Notes: generated by a model not told the origin, from the sequence alone. DNA of 64,000 bases from Candidatus Bathyarchaeia archaeon (GCA_038727135.1 JAVYWL010000004.1:1-64000), one strand, 5' to 3'; shown: positions 46,741 through 57,523, counted from the stretch's first letter. Numbers and translations are program-made.

Positions 46741-47262
46741 TTAAATTAGTCTGAAATCTTCTTTTATAGTTGTTAGTACCACGTGGGTGTTTGTTCTCTC
46801 CACGTAGGGCATCGCCAACAAGCGTTTTGCAAATTTGCTTAATTCCTCCCGGTTTTTGAATTTGGCTACTACTATGGCGTCTATTAGCCCTGTTACGTCG
46901 TAGACGCAGCAGACGTTTGGAAGCTTTGCGATTTCGCTTTCCACCTCCAAAAGTCTTCCTTTTGAAACTGTTATTTCGACCACGACAGTTAAGGCATAGC
47001 CAAGTTTCTCGTGGTCTACTAGGGCTGTATACCCTTTTATTATGCCCTTCTCCTCTAGTTTTTTAACCCTTGATAGGGCTGTGCTTGTGGATATGTCGCA
47101 CTGCTTGGCCAGTTGTCTTGAAGAAAGCCTCGCGTCAAAGGTTAAGGCCCTTAAGATTTTCATGTCTACATCGTTTAATTCTTCCTCGTTTCTAGCGCGT
47201 TTTTTCTCCAATTTTTCCTTAGACGGTGGCTTTTGAACATTTGCATCTTTCATTATGTACAT
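46741..47262 (-). CDS. Lrp/AsnC family transcriptional regulator
   Basis: DMKIL..L..DARLS, LEEKGIIKGY, YDVTG. Confidence 0.93.
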   Translation of the reverse strand: MYIMKDANVQKPPSKEKLEKKRARNEEELNDVDMKILRALTFDARLSSRQLAKQCDISTSTALSRVKKLEEKGIIKGYTALVDHEKLGYALTVVVEITVSKGRLLEVESEIAKLPNVCCVYDVTGLIDAIVVAKFKNREELSKFAKRLLAMPYVERTNTHVVLTTIKEDFRLI

Positions 47263-47388
47263 GCTCCTTTATTTGTTCTACATCTGTACAACTGGCTTGA
47301 CTTTATATTTAACATTTGTTATCATTTTCTTTGAAAAGCCTTTTATATGTATTATCAAACTCTTTTTTGTTGTAAAATTATCTAGAGG

Positions 47389-48804
47389 TTGGAGGCTGGC
47401 GTGATGAGGAATTCGTTACGACGAATGTTTCAGAGCCAGAATGTTGAGTTGTGCTTTAAGCTTATGAAGAATGCTGACCATGTCCTGTTGCATTTTACAG
47501 ATTTGCTTGGCTTTTTTAAGGGCAGAACAATCCCAGTGGAGGAAGTGGAAAACGCAATAGTTGAAGGTGTAGGCTTTGACGGCTCATCGTTAATTGGTGG
47601 AGTTGGTATAGAAGAAAGCGACATGCTCATGAAGCCCGACATCACTACTTTCACGGTTTGCCCCTACTATTTTTATGACAAAAGTGTTGTAAGCTTCATC
47701 TGCAACTTGTACATGCCGGAGGGCAAGCGTTTTGAAGGTGACCCAAGATACATCTGCCAAAAAACCCTTGAAAAATTAGCGGTTGAGGGATACGAGCCGA
47801 CAGCAGCTGCGGAGCTGGAATTTTATCTTGTGCAAAAAACTGTTGGTGGCGGCTTTGAGCCTGTTGAAAATCACCTCATAGATAAGCAGCGATATTTTGA
47901 TATAGCTCCTGGTAGGGATGTCACCGAAGCCTTCCGGATGGAGTTAACTAATGCACTTTTCACCATGGGCATATCAGTTGAGAGACAGCACCACGAAGTT
48001 GGCGCAGCCCAGAATGAAATAACTTTCAAGTACTCTGATCCGGTGACTACCGCAGACAATATTATGCGTTATAAGTTTGCTGCTAAGGCTGTTGCTGATA
48101 GAAAATATGGTTGGATAGCCACTTTCATGCCAAAACCATGGTTTGGAAAGCCCGGGAATGGAATGCACGTTCACCTTGGTCTTTTCGACTCGAAAACTGG
48201 AAGAAATGTTTTCTATGATAAAGATGGTTATGCCCACTTATCCCAGAAGTGCCGCTATTTTATAGGTGGAATTCTTGAACATGCAAGGGCTTTATGCGCA
48301 GTTGTGGCGCCTACGGTGAACAGTTATAAGAGGCTTGTGCCGGGTTATGAAGCTCCAGTTTACATCACTTGGAGCCGGAAAAACCGTTCAGCCTTGATAA
48401 GGGTGCCGGAGTACTTCCCTGGAAAGGAGGATGAGGCCAGAATTGAATTCCGTTGTCCAGACTCGCTCTGCAATCCTTACTTGGCTTATGCTGCAATTTT
48501 TGAGGCTGGTTTAGATGGCATTAAAAGGAAGATAGAGCCAGGTGACGCTGTTGATGTGAACGTTTATCATTTGAGCGAGACAAAAAGAAGAGAGCTTGGC
48601 ATAGAAGTTCTGCCTGGTTCGCTTAAAGAAGCCTTGGAGGAGTTGAAGAGCGATGACGTTTGCATAAGGGCCCTGGGTAAAGAAAATGCTGAGAAATATT
48701 TAGAGCTTAAAATGCAGGAGTGGCGCGATTACGAACCCCACATGCCTAAAAATGATAAAGGCGCAATCACATTTTGGGAGTTGCAAAAGTACATCTACGC
48801 CTAA
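47389..48804 (+). CDS. glnA: Glutamine synthetase type I
   Basis: FDGSS, ELEFY, HHEV, TFMPKP, GNGMHVH, NSYKRLVPGYEAP, RIEFR. Confidence 0.95.
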   Translation: MEAGVMRNSLRRMFQSQNVELCFKLMKNADHVLLHFTDLLGFFKGRTIPVEEVENAIVEGVGFDGSSLIGGVGIEESDMLMKPDITTFTVCPYYFYDKSVVSFICNLYMPEGKRFEGDPRYICQKTLEKLAVEGYEPTAAAELEFYLVQKTVGGGFEPVENHLIDKQRYFDIAPGRDVTEAFRMELTNALFTMGISVERQHHEVGAAQNEITFKYSDPVTTADNIMRYKFAAKAVADRKYGWIATFMPKPWFGKPGNGMHVHLGLFDSKTGRNVFYDKDGYAHLSQKCRYFIGGILEHARALCAVVAPTVNSYKRLVPGYEAPVYITWSRKNRSALIRVPEYFPGKEDEARIEFRCPDSLCNPYLAYAAIFEAGLDGIKRKIEPGDAVDVNVYHLSETKRRELGIEVLPGSLKEALEELKSDDVCIRALGKENAEKYLELKMQEWRDYEPHMPKNDKGAITFWELQKYIYA

Positions 48805-48860
48805 CAAACTTTAAATTGCCATGTTCTCCTATGTTCAAAGCCATATGAGCGTGTGTATAC

Positions 48861-50405
48861 TTGAAATACGATGCCATACTTATATTGGACTTTGGCGGGC
48901 AATACTGCCATCTCATTGGAAGACGTGTTAGAGAAAATGGCGTATACTCAGAAATTGTTCCTCACGACATAAAAATTGAGGAAATAAGGCTTTTAGGCGA
49001 AAAGTTTAACATTAAAGGGTTAATTCTGTCCGGTGGTCCTGCAAGCGTTTTTGATGCAGATGCGCCAAAACCGGACAAGCGTATTTTTGATTTAGGACTA
49101 CCCGTTTTGGGTTTATGCTATGGGCATCAACTTATAGCTCAAGTTTTCGGTGGAAAAGTTGGTTCAGCCAAACGGAAAGAGTTCGGCTCAACCTATGCAA
49201 CAATAGACAAGCCAATTGACATTTTGAAGGGTTTAAACAGAAAAGAACGGGTTTGGATGAGCCACAGCGACACAGTCTTCTCGGTTCCCCAAGAATTTGA
49301 AGTTTTAGCCTACACACAAAATTGTCCAGTTGCCGCCTTCAAACATAAAACCAAACCAATTTACGGTTTACAGTGGCATCCAGAAGTGGTGCACACAGTT
49401 AATGGCGCCAAAATGCTACGCAACTTTCTTTTTGAGGTATGCGGTTGTGTTGCCAACTGGAAGATGGAAAACATCATAGATAAAATGGTTGAAGAGGTTA
49501 AGAGAGAGGTTGGCGAGGGCAAAGCTATAATAGCTTTAAGTGGGGGCATAGACTCCAGTGTAGCCACAGCCATAGCAGCCAAAGCAGTAGGCGAAAAACT
49601 AACAGCAGTTTTTGTTGACCACGGGTTCATGAGGGAAAACGAGCCAGAATTTGTTAAGAACACTTTCCAAAAACTCAAAATAAACATGGTTATTGTAAAC
49701 GCGCAAGAAAGATTCTTTGAAAGACTTAAAGGCGTAACAGACCCAGAAATGAAAAGGAAGATTATAGGCGAAGAGTTCATTAGAGTTTTTGAAGAAGTTG
49801 CCGAAAAAGTTGGCGCAGAATACCTCATCCAAGGAACTATTTACCCAGATAGAATCGAATCTGGTTTCAGAAGGTTCTCCGATAAAATTAAGACACATCA
49901 TAATGTTGCTGGGCTTCCCACAAAAATCAAGTTTAAGAAAATTATTGAGCCTCTGAGAGACTTATACAAAGACGAGATCCGCAGGGTCGCCCAAATAATC
50001 GGGTTGCCAAAAGAAATAGTTTTTAGGCAGCCTTTTCCCGGTCCAGGGCTTGCAGTACGAGTTGTAGGTGAAATAACTAAAGAAAAGGTTGAGATTGCTA
50101 GAAAGGCGGACAGAATTGTAAGGGAGGAATTCGAGAAAAGTGGCTTAAAAGAGCGATTGTGGCAGTATTTTGCGGTTTTGACAAATACGAAAGCCACTGG
50201 TGTTAAGGGTGATGCTAGAGCTTATGGCTATGTTGTAGCCATCCGAGCTGTGGAAAGTCGCGAGGCTATGACGGCGAGTTTTGCAAGAATCCCCTACAAG
50301 ATTCTGGAAAAAGTCTCCACCAGGATAACCAGCGAAATACCAGAAGTCGTTAGGGTGGTGTACGACATTACCCATAAGCCGCCTGCAACTATAGAATGGG
50401 AATGA
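48861..50405 (+). CDS. guaA: GMP synthase (fused GATase + synthetase)
   Basis: LDFGGQY, LCYGHQ, QWHPEV, SGGIDS, QPFPGPGL, KPPATIEWE. Confidence 0.97.
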   Translation: MKYDAILILDFGGQYCHLIGRRVRENGVYSEIVPHDIKIEEIRLLGEKFNIKGLILSGGPASVFDADAPKPDKRIFDLGLPVLGLCYGHQLIAQVFGGKVGSAKRKEFGSTYATIDKPIDILKGLNRKERVWMSHSDTVFSVPQEFEVLAYTQNCPVAAFKHKTKPIYGLQWHPEVVHTVNGAKMLRNFLFEVCGCVANWKMENIIDKMVEEVKREVGEGKAIIALSGGIDSSVATAIAAKAVGEKLTAVFVDHGFMRENEPEFVKNTFQKLKINMVIVNAQERFFERLKGVTDPEMKRKIIGEEFIRVFEEVAEKVGAEYLIQGTIYPDRIESGFRRFSDKIKTHHNVAGLPTKIKFKKIIEPLRDLYKDEIRRVAQIIGLPKEIVFRQPFPGPGLAVRVVGEITKEKVEIARKADRIVREEFEKSGLKERLWQYFAVLTNTKATGVKGDARAYGYVVAIRAVESREAMTASFARIPYKILEKVSTRITSEIPEVVRVVYDITHKPPATIEWE

Positions 50406-50409
50406 AGCT

Positions 50410-51168
50410 TTAAATTCTCGATTTAACCATCAAATCCTCAACTTTCGCCCTTTTCAACAAATTGATGTGTTTAACAAGTTCATTAACTACTGCTTCCAAA
50501 ACTTGTTTACCCTTATCCGCCAAAGCAGTTGTTGACTTGCCAAAAACTCCCGAGCTTGTGCGGTCCACAGTGTCTAAAGGAAGTATTATGCCTTCAGCCT
50601 CTGCAACGTGTCCCCGCACCTCCTCATCTACAGCAAGGTCCATGTTTACAAGATGTGGATGTAAAGCCAAATTCACAGAAGTCTCTTCAGCACCAGCATG
50701 TCCCCGTTCTTCTGGCTTGAATATGTCTGGCAAAAGTTTTCCAGCAGCGGGCCACCATTGAAAAACTGATATGAAGATTCCCCTTTCCCGCAGCTCTCTA
50801 ACCAGTTCTGTTAGGGCGTTTAAGTTTCCGCCATGCCCATTAACAATGACAATTTTCTTCACACCGTAATAGTTTAGAGATAGGCAAACATCCCTAACAT
50901 AGGCTTTTAGGGTTTTAGGCGAAACATAAATTGTGCCCCAAAACTGTCTATGGTGGTGGCTCACACCAAAGGGAATAACCTGCAAACAAAGAACATTTGC
51001 GCGTCTTGCGGCCTCTTCAGCTATTGCCTTGGCGATAAAATGATCTGTTCCCAGGGGATTTTGTGGGCCATGCTGCTCATTGGAGCCGACTGGAACAATA
51101 GCGATGTCATTTCTGCTGAAATATTCTTTTGCCTCCACCCAACTCATTTCATGAAGCAAGACTTTCAT
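50410..51168 (-). CDS. Creatininase family amidohydrolase
   Basis: PVGSNEQHGP..PLGTD, NGHGGN, HAGAEETS. Confidence 0.92.
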   Translation of the reverse strand: MKVLLHEMSWVEAKEYFSRNDIAIVPVGSNEQHGPQNPLGTDHFIAKAIAEEAARRANVLCLQVIPFGVSHHHRQFWGTIYVSPKTLKAYVRDVCLSLNYYGVKKIVIVNGHGGNLNALTELVRELRERGIFISVFQWWPAAGKLLPDIFKPEERGHAGAEETSVNLALHPHLVNMDLAVDEEVRGHVAEAEGIILPLDTVDRTSSGVFGKSTTALADKGKQVLEAVVNELVKHINLLKRAKVEDLMVKSRI

Positions 51169-51249
51169 GAGCTGTCCTCCATTTTCACGAAACTGTTTTA
51201 TTCCTAAGGAATTTGAATATAAGCTTGCGCATAAAACGGTGAAGCCCCA

Positions 51250-52335
51250 TTGAAGGCATTAATTTTGGCCGGGGGATTTGCAACCAGACTTAGACCACTA
51301 AGCTGCACAAGACCCAAAATTCTATTCCCAGTTCTTAACAAACCACTTTTAGAGTGGACCCTTGAAAGCCTCTCGAAAAGCGGGATAAAAGAGGTGATAT
51401 TGGCGGTTAATCATCAAACAGCCTTCCACATAAAGAACTCCAAATTTTCCAAGGGTGGAATGAGAATCACCTACTCATACGACCCTCCAAAACAGCCCCT
51501 CGGAACCGGCGGCGCAATAAAACACGCTGAAGAATTCTTAGGAGACGACAATTTTCTAGTTGTAAATGGCGATATCTTCACCAGCCTAAGTTATGCCGAG
51601 ATAATTAAGAAACATCAAGAGAAAGCCACAATTGCAACAATAGCCTTATGCACTGTTAAAGATCCAAGCCGATACGGGGTTGCAGAACTCGACGATAACG
51701 GCAGAATAAAACGTTTCATCGAGAAACCTCCACCGGGAATGGCTCCATCAAACCTTATAAACGCCGGAATATATGTCCTCAGTCATGAAATTTTCAAATA
51801 CATCCAGACCGGAAGAAAGGTTTCTCTTGAACGTGAAGTATTCCCAAAGCTGGCAGAGGAGGGCAAACTTTTTGGCTACGTGTTTGCTGGCTTGTGGACA
51901 GATATTGGTAAAGCCGAAGATTATTTGGAGATAAACAAAATTCTATTGGACAGCCTTCGTGGAAGACTGAAAAACGTGATGAGAGGCGGTGGGCAGGTAA
52001 ACGAGCCAGTATTCTGTGATGAAAGTACTACGATTGAAGACGGTTCAACTATCGGGCCGTATGCTGTTCTAGGCAAAAATGTCACCGTTGGAAGAAACGT
52101 TTACATAAAAAATTCCATAATCTTTCCCGGCGTTTCAATATCAGATGATTCTTTTATAAATGGGACTATAATTGGCGAAAACGCCATTATCGGCAGAGGG
52201 GTTAAAATTAGCGGGAACTGTGTAATAGGCGACTGTGCGGTTATAGGGGATAACGTCTCATTGGCTGAGGGGGTTTCAATCTGTCCAGCGAAAGAAGTTT
52301 ACCGAGACGTGTCAGAGGCAAAATGCATCATTTAA
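51250..52335 (+). CDS. NDP-sugar pyrophosphorylase (mannose-1-P guanylyltransferase-like)
   Basis: LAGGFATRLRPLS..RPK, FIEKP, hexapeptide repeats. Confidence 0.92.
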   Translation: MKALILAGGFATRLRPLSCTRPKILFPVLNKPLLEWTLESLSKSGIKEVILAVNHQTAFHIKNSKFSKGGMRITYSYDPPKQPLGTGGAIKHAEEFLGDDNFLVVNGDIFTSLSYAEIIKKHQEKATIATIALCTVKDPSRYGVAELDDNGRIKRFIEKPPPGMAPSNLINAGIYVLSHEIFKYIQTGRKVSLEREVFPKLAEEGKLFGYVFAGLWTDIGKAEDYLEINKILLDSLRGRLKNVMRGGGQVNEPVFCDESTTIEDGSTIGPYAVLGKNVTVGRNVYIKNSIIFPGVSISDDSFINGTIIGENAIIGRGVKISGNCVIGDCAVIGDNVSLAEGVSICPAKEVYRDVSEAKCII

Positions 52336-52347
52336 TGAGGGTAAGCT

Positions 52348-53724
52348 ATGCTAGGCCAAAGGAGACTGTTTGGAACCAACGGAATCCGTGGGCTCGTTAA
52401 CAAAGAGTTAACGCCGGAGCTTGCAATTACTATTGGAAGCGCAATAGGCACATACTTTAATCATGGGGATTTGCTTGTTGGGTACGATGCCAGAACAAGC
52501 AGCCCCATGCTTGCAAAAGCCATAATATCAGGTTTAAATGCCGCTGGCTGTGATGTGCTTTTTGCAGGAATGGCTCCCACGCCAGCATTGCAATATACTG
52601 TTAAAAAGCACAAGCTTGACGGTGGGGTAATCATAACTGCTTCCCATAACCCGCCAGAATATAACGGGATAAAAGTTGTATGGAATGATGGAATAGAAAT
52701 TGCACGGGAACAAGAAATCGAAATTGAAAACATATTCTTTGATCATAAGATTCGCCTCGTGGCGTGGGACAAAATAGGGGACATGCAAACGCTCGCTGGA
52801 ATTATTGAAGAATATGTTGAAGCCATAAAGGGACATGTGGACACAGCCAAAATAGCCAATAAACACTATCATGTTGTCGTTGACGCTGCAAACAGTGTTG
52901 CAGCTCTAGCGGTTCCCAAACTTCTTAGGGAACTTGGCTGTCGCATCACAACCATAAACGCAAACATTGACGGAACATTCCCGGCTAGATCGCCTGAGCC
53001 TCGACCAGAAAACCTTGGAGATTTAGCCTCTACGGTCAAGGCTGTGGGTGCTGACCTAGGTGTCGCTTTTGACGGTGATGCTGACCGCTCAATCTTCGTT
53101 GACGAGAAAGGGGAGATCCATTGGGGCGACAAAACCTTCGCCCTCGTTGAGAAACACTTTCTGCTAAAAAATCGGGGCGGAAAAATTGTCTCGCCCATAA
53201 GTTCATCAACTTTGGTAAAGGATATCGCCGATGCTTACGGCGGGGAAATTGTCTGGACAAAAGTTGGAAGCGTCATAGTCTCCCATACAATGAAAAAATT
53301 AGGCGCAAAACTTGGCGGGGAGGAAAACGGCGGAATCTTTTATGGGCCTCATCAGCCAGTCAGGGATGGCGCAATGGCCACGGCCTTAATTTTGGGTATA
53401 ATGGCAGAAACTGGCAAAAAGCTTTCAAGCCTTCTCGCCGAACTGCCCAAATACTTTATCGAGAAAGGCAAGGTTGAATGCCCCGAACAGCTTAAAGAAA
53501 AAGTTTTAGAAAAACTCATCGAACAGACAAAGGGGCTAAACATAAACACCATCGACGGCGTCAAAATTTGGTTTGAGGATAAAAGCTCCATACTTGTTAG
53601 ACCAAGCGGAACAGAACCACTATACAGACTTTATGCAGAGGCGAAAACGAGAAAGAAAGCCCTAAAGCTTGTCCAAGACTTTAGTTTAAAACTTAAAAGG
53701 ATGATCGACAGCTTAAAAGTCTAA
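52348..53724 (+). CDS. glmM: Phosphoglucosamine/phosphomannomutase
   Basis: FGTNGIRG, TASHNP, FDGDADR, GEENGG, RPSGTEP. Confidence 0.93.
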   Translation: MLGQRRLFGTNGIRGLVNKELTPELAITIGSAIGTYFNHGDLLVGYDARTSSPMLAKAIISGLNAAGCDVLFAGMAPTPALQYTVKKHKLDGGVIITASHNPPEYNGIKVVWNDGIEIAREQEIEIENIFFDHKIRLVAWDKIGDMQTLAGIIEEYVEAIKGHVDTAKIANKHYHVVVDAANSVAALAVPKLLRELGCRITTINANIDGTFPARSPEPRPENLGDLASTVKAVGADLGVAFDGDADRSIFVDEKGEIHWGDKTFALVEKHFLLKNRGGKIVSPISSSTLVKDIADAYGGEIVWTKVGSVIVSHTMKKLGAKLGGEENGGIFYGPHQPVRDGAMATALILGIMAETGKKLSSLLAELPKYFIEKGKVECPEQLKEKVLEKLIEQTKGLNINTIDGVKIWFEDKSSILVRPSGTEPLYRLYAEAKTRKKALKLVQDFSLKLKRMIDSLKV

Positions 53725-53761
53725 ACCAGCATATGTACTTCTGCAACTCGGAGAAATCGGA

Positions 53762-55117
53762 ATGTTATTAACAAAATCCACAGAGGCCAAAGCCTCGGAA
53801 CAGCGAGACGAAGGGGCAGTTAGCATAGTGGGTTGTGGACGTTTAGGCCTTCTTCACGCCTGTCTTTTTGCCGAAGCTGGCTTTAGGGTTATATGTGTCG
53901 ACAGCGGCCAAGCTACTATAGAGCGTATACAAAGAGGCAAAGTTCCATTTTTGAAGCATGAAGTGGAGCCAATCCTCCGAAAAAGTCTGACCAGCGGAAG
54001 GTTAAAAGCTACCACTGATTTGAAAGCCGCATTAGCCCAAAGCAACGGCATATTGGTTACCACTCCAGTTGTTGTAGATGATAAAGGTAAGGTAGACTAC
54101 TCCCCACTAGAAAAAACTCTAAAGTCCATAGGCCCATGCCTTCGCAAAGCAACATTAATTGTCATCACAAGTGTTGTTGGAATAGGCATAACGGAGGGGC
54201 TCCTTAAAGAGATTCTTGAAAGTTCCTCCGGATTTAGGGCTGGTTCGGACTTTTACTTGGCCTATAGCCCGATCCTTTTTCCGGAAAGACAGACGCTTAA
54301 GGGGCTATCAAGTTGTAGGCGAATCGTTGCCGCTTCAGACAGAGCTAGTTTAGAGATGGCACTAAACCTCATAAAATCGATAACAAGCACAGAGGTCGTC
54401 GCAGTTCAAGACGTGAAGATAGCTGAAGCCGCCGCACTTTTCGAAGCCGCCTTCCAAAATGTTAATTCTGCGTTGGCTAGTGAGTTTGCTTTTCTCTGCG
54501 AGAAGCTTGGCATAGACTACCTCGCGGCTCGCAACTTTTTAGGCTCTAATGCTGGCACACATACGCAACAGCCATCAACAAGCGAGGCACTTAAAATATT
54601 GCTGGAAGAAGCTGAAAACCTCAACGTGAAACTCCGCATTCCAGAAACAGCCATAGGACTAGATGAAGAAGTTTTAAGGCGTGAAGTTGAGCTGGTTCGA
54701 GATGCACTTAAAAGCTGCGGAAAACCATTACGAAGAGCAAAAATCGCACTGCTTGGATTTTCCCAAACACCAAACACCGCAGACGCTCCAAAGGAATCTG
54801 CAAAGAAAATTGTTGACATGCTAGCAAATAAGGGAGCAAAATTAACACTTTACGACCCCTACATATCTTGGAAAGGCATAACAGACCTAGAGCATGCGCA
54901 ACCTAAAAAAAGCTTAATCGAAGCCGTTGAAGGCGCAGACTGCATAGTGATACTGGCAGCCCACGAACAACTTAAACGGCTAAATTTAAGAAAGCTTAAG
55001 CTTTTAGCAAAAATGCCGGCGGCAATCGTAGACCTTGAAGGCGTTTTGGACCCCTTGAAAGTTGAGGCTGAAGGCTTCATATATCGTGGTTTTGGAAGGG
55101 GAGTTTGGAAGAAATGA
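53762..55117 (+). CDS. UDP-sugar dehydrogenase family protein, apparently catalytically degenerate
   Basis: Rossmann GCGRLG and overall architecture retained; GGHC catalytic loop and catalytic Lys not found. Confidence 0.8.
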   Translation: MLLTKSTEAKASEQRDEGAVSIVGCGRLGLLHACLFAEAGFRVICVDSGQATIERIQRGKVPFLKHEVEPILRKSLTSGRLKATTDLKAALAQSNGILVTTPVVVDDKGKVDYSPLEKTLKSIGPCLRKATLIVITSVVGIGITEGLLKEILESSSGFRAGSDFYLAYSPILFPERQTLKGLSSCRRIVAASDRASLEMALNLIKSITSTEVVAVQDVKIAEAAALFEAAFQNVNSALASEFAFLCEKLGIDYLAARNFLGSNAGTHTQQPSTSEALKILLEEAENLNVKLRIPETAIGLDEEVLRREVELVRDALKSCGKPLRRAKIALLGFSQTPNTADAPKESAKKIVDMLANKGAKLTLYDPYISWKGITDLEHAQPKKSLIEAVEGADCIVILAAHEQLKRLNLRKLKLLAKMPAAIVDLEGVLDPLKVEAEGFIYRGFGRGVWKK

Positions 55118-56061
55118 AAAAACTTGGAGTCGCCGTTATAGGAACAGGGTTCTGGGGCAAAAATCACGCAAGAGTTTTCACCGAACTGGAAGAAACAGAG
55201 CTTCTGGCTGTTTGCGACATTGACGCTAAAAGGGCAAAGACCGTCGCCAAACAATTTGGCATTAAAGCCTACACTAACACGGCGAGAATGCTGAAGAGAA
55301 AAGATATAGATGCTGTCAGCGTCTGCACATGGTCAACAAGCCTCGCAAAAGAGGCTTTAAAGGCATTAAAGGCTGGAAAGCATGTTTTGGTTGAGAAGCC
55401 TATGGCCGCCAACTCAAAACAGGCGGAAACTTTGCTGAAAACAGCGGAAAAAGAAGGCTTACACCTTTCTGTTGGCTTTTTGATGCGTTTTATTCCTGGG
55501 CTTCAGTACATTAGAAAGGCTATTGAAAGCCAAGATATAGGCGAACTTGTTTGCGCCACCGCAAAAAGAGTTTCAGAGTGGCCTGAAAGAGTGGGAGACA
55601 TTGGGGTGGTGAAAGACTTGGCCATTCATGACATTGACGTGATGCGCTACTTGTTTAGCAATGACCCAGTGGCGGTTTATGCAAAAACTGGGAATATGAA
55701 ACATAGGAAGTTTGAGGATTACGCCCACATAATGCTGACTTTCAAGCATGGGAAAAACGCCTTCATAGAGGCAAATTGGCTAACCCCCTACAAAACAAGA
55801 GTACTTGTGGTGACCGGAAGCAAGGCCATAGCAAAACTAGACTACATTACACAAGAGCTGACCATAGAAACAGCGGAGAAAACTGTCCAACCAAGAATCC
55901 CATGGCAAGAGCCCCTAAAACTTGAACTTCAACACTTTGCAAGATGTATCTTGGGAAAGGAAAAACCATTCATAACCGGCTGGGATGGCTTAAAGGCTCT
56001 AAAAATTGCCGAGGCTGCACTTAAATCATCCAGAACAGGCAGACTTGTTAGGCTTAAGTAG
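55105..56061 (+). CDS. Gfo/Idh/MocA oxidoreductase (UDP-GlcNAc 3-dehydrogenase-like)
   Basis: IGTGFWG, HVLVEKP, DLAIHDID. Confidence 0.9.
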   Translation: MEEMKKLGVAVIGTGFWGKNHARVFTELEETELLAVCDIDAKRAKTVAKQFGIKAYTNTARMLKRKDIDAVSVCTWSTSLAKEALKALKAGKHVLVEKPMAANSKQAETLLKTAEKEGLHLSVGFLMRFIPGLQYIRKAIESQDIGELVCATAKRVSEWPERVGDIGVVKDLAIHDIDVMRYLFSNDPVAVYAKTGNMKHRKFEDYAHIMLTFKHGKNAFIEANWLTPYKTRVLVVTGSKAIAKLDYITQELTIETAEKTVQPRIPWQEPLKLELQHFARCILGKEKPFITGWDGLKALKIAEAALKSSRTGRLVRLK

Positions 56062-56064
56062 GCT

Positions 56065-56328
56065 CTATTTCCCTTTCAGGTTAAAGGGTCTCCCTTCAAA
56101 GAGAATCTTCTCTGGGATCTTTTCCCTCCATTTTTTGAGGAAGGGTGAGTCCTCATTTTCTTTACGCAGTTCATCCGGAAGCATTTCGGGTATTTCATCA
56201 CGGATTGGATACCATCTTAGGCATTTTGGACAAACAATTAAGCCTTCAACAATTTCATCTTTTTCCTCAAAAACATAAAGCTCCAGCGGATAGTGCTTGT
56301 CGATGGGACACGCGAGAATTTCCATCAA
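56065..56328 (-). CDS. trm112: Trm112 family protein
   Basis: ILACPIDK, EGLIVCPKC.RWYPI..EIP.ML. Confidence 0.9.
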   Translation of the reverse strand: MMEILACPIDKHYPLELYVFEEKDEIVEGLIVCPKCLRWYPIRDEIPEMLPDELRKENEDSPFLKKWREKIPEKILFEGRPFNLKGK

Positions 56329-56390
56329 TTTCCTTTTAATTTTTCATTCCTCCTTAACCAAAATTTACATGATGTGAGCTTATAAAAGCA

Positions 56391-57275
56391 TTAAGTCGCC
56401 TTTAAAATTGCTGGCGTACGCGCGCGGCTTGTTGTTTTGATGTCCAAGACGATTTGGTACCAGTTTGGACCAGTTGTGCGAACAATCTTGCCAAAGGGGA
56501 TTTCAAATTTCACTCCCAACTCTTCAAGTCTTTTTGAAACCTTAACCTTAACCTTTTCAACAGCGTTTTCCTCTTTTGCGGCGTGTTCAAAATCATAATA
56601 ATGTATCCATCCTTTTCCATCTTTCAGGGCTAAGAGGGCGTAGGGCAAATACTCAAAGGCTTTTTCCGGCAGTGGCATCAAAACCCTATCGGCTATGTTA
56701 TGGAGAATTTTTTGGATAATTTCTTTTGCGTCTCCTTCTATTGGGATAACTTTTCCAAAGGCTCTATTTAGCCTAACATTTTCTTTCATGTATTGGATGG
56801 CTATGGGGTTTATGTCTATTGAATAAATTTTTGAGGCGTTTGAATGTTTGGCGATTACCAGCGAGAAGCATCCCACCCCGGCAAACATGTTCACGACAGT
56901 TTCTCCATACTTAACAAGTTTGGCAACTCGCATTCTCTCATAAAAAAGTCTGGGAGAAAAATAGCACTTGTCTACATCCACTGAAAAAAGGCATCCAGAC
57001 TCCTTGTGAATGGCTGTCGTCCTTTTTTCTCCAGCTACATGCTCCAATTTCCGAAGCCTATAATCTCCATGAACCGGGCCTACCTGCGCCAAAACAGTTC
57101 TAACATTTTTATGAATTTTCATAACAGTCTCGGCGATGATTTGGCTATATTTTCTGGATTTTTCAGTTAGGCGTATTATGGCTATGTCTCCAACAATGTC
57201 GTAGGAGTTGTAGATGTTGGATAATTCCTCCGGAGGAATAATTCCAGACAAGAGCGTCTTTAAACGCTTTTTCAT
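56391..57275 (-). CDS. Trm5/Taw2 (Met-10+) family tRNA modification enzyme
   Basis: YDIVGDIAI, YFSPRL..ER, NMFAGVG, DINP, ADRVLMPLP, IHYY. Confidence 0.9.
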   Translation of the reverse strand: MKKRLKTLLSGIIPPEELSNIYNSYDIVGDIAIIRLTEKSRKYSQIIAETVMKIHKNVRTVLAQVGPVHGDYRLRKLEHVAGEKRTTAIHKESGCLFSVDVDKCYFSPRLFYERMRVAKLVKYGETVVNMFAGVGCFSLVIAKHSNASKIYSIDINPIAIQYMKENVRLNRAFGKVIPIEGDAKEIIQKILHNIADRVLMPLPEKAFEYLPYALLALKDGKGWIHYYDFEHAAKEENAVEKVKVKVSKRLEELGVKFEIPFGKIVRTTGPNWYQIVLDIKTTSRARTPAILKAT

Positions 57276-57355
57276 CGCTAGTCCTCGCTACGATAATAGT
57301 GGTATTGGAAATGCTTAAAAGCAAAAACCCCTTGTAATGGGAAGGGTGGCGCATT

Positions 57356-57523
57356 ATGGAGAAAATAACAACTGGAATCGTTTACGAGTGCCTACGTTGT
57401 GGAGCAAAGGTTTCTACGGAGGAGCTTGAACTTCGTGGCGGAGAAATAAAATGCACAGTGTGCGGCTACCGCGTTTTGAAAAAGATTAGGCCGCCTGTTG
57501 TTAAGCGTGTCCAAGCCAGATAG
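57356..57523 (+). CDS. rpoP: RNA polymerase subunit Rpo12/P, 55 aa (not in ORF track)
   Basis: MEKITTGIVYECLRCGAKVSTEELELRGGEIKCTVCGYRVLKKIRPPVVKRVQAR. Confidence 0.93.
   Translation: MEKITTGIVYECLRCGAKVSTEELELRGGEIKCTVCGYRVLKKIRPPVVKRVQAR

Noticed and set aside
48861-50405. Fused guaA as a novelty
   Set aside because: Fused forms are standard in bacteria and occur in some archaea; at most a sign of gene history
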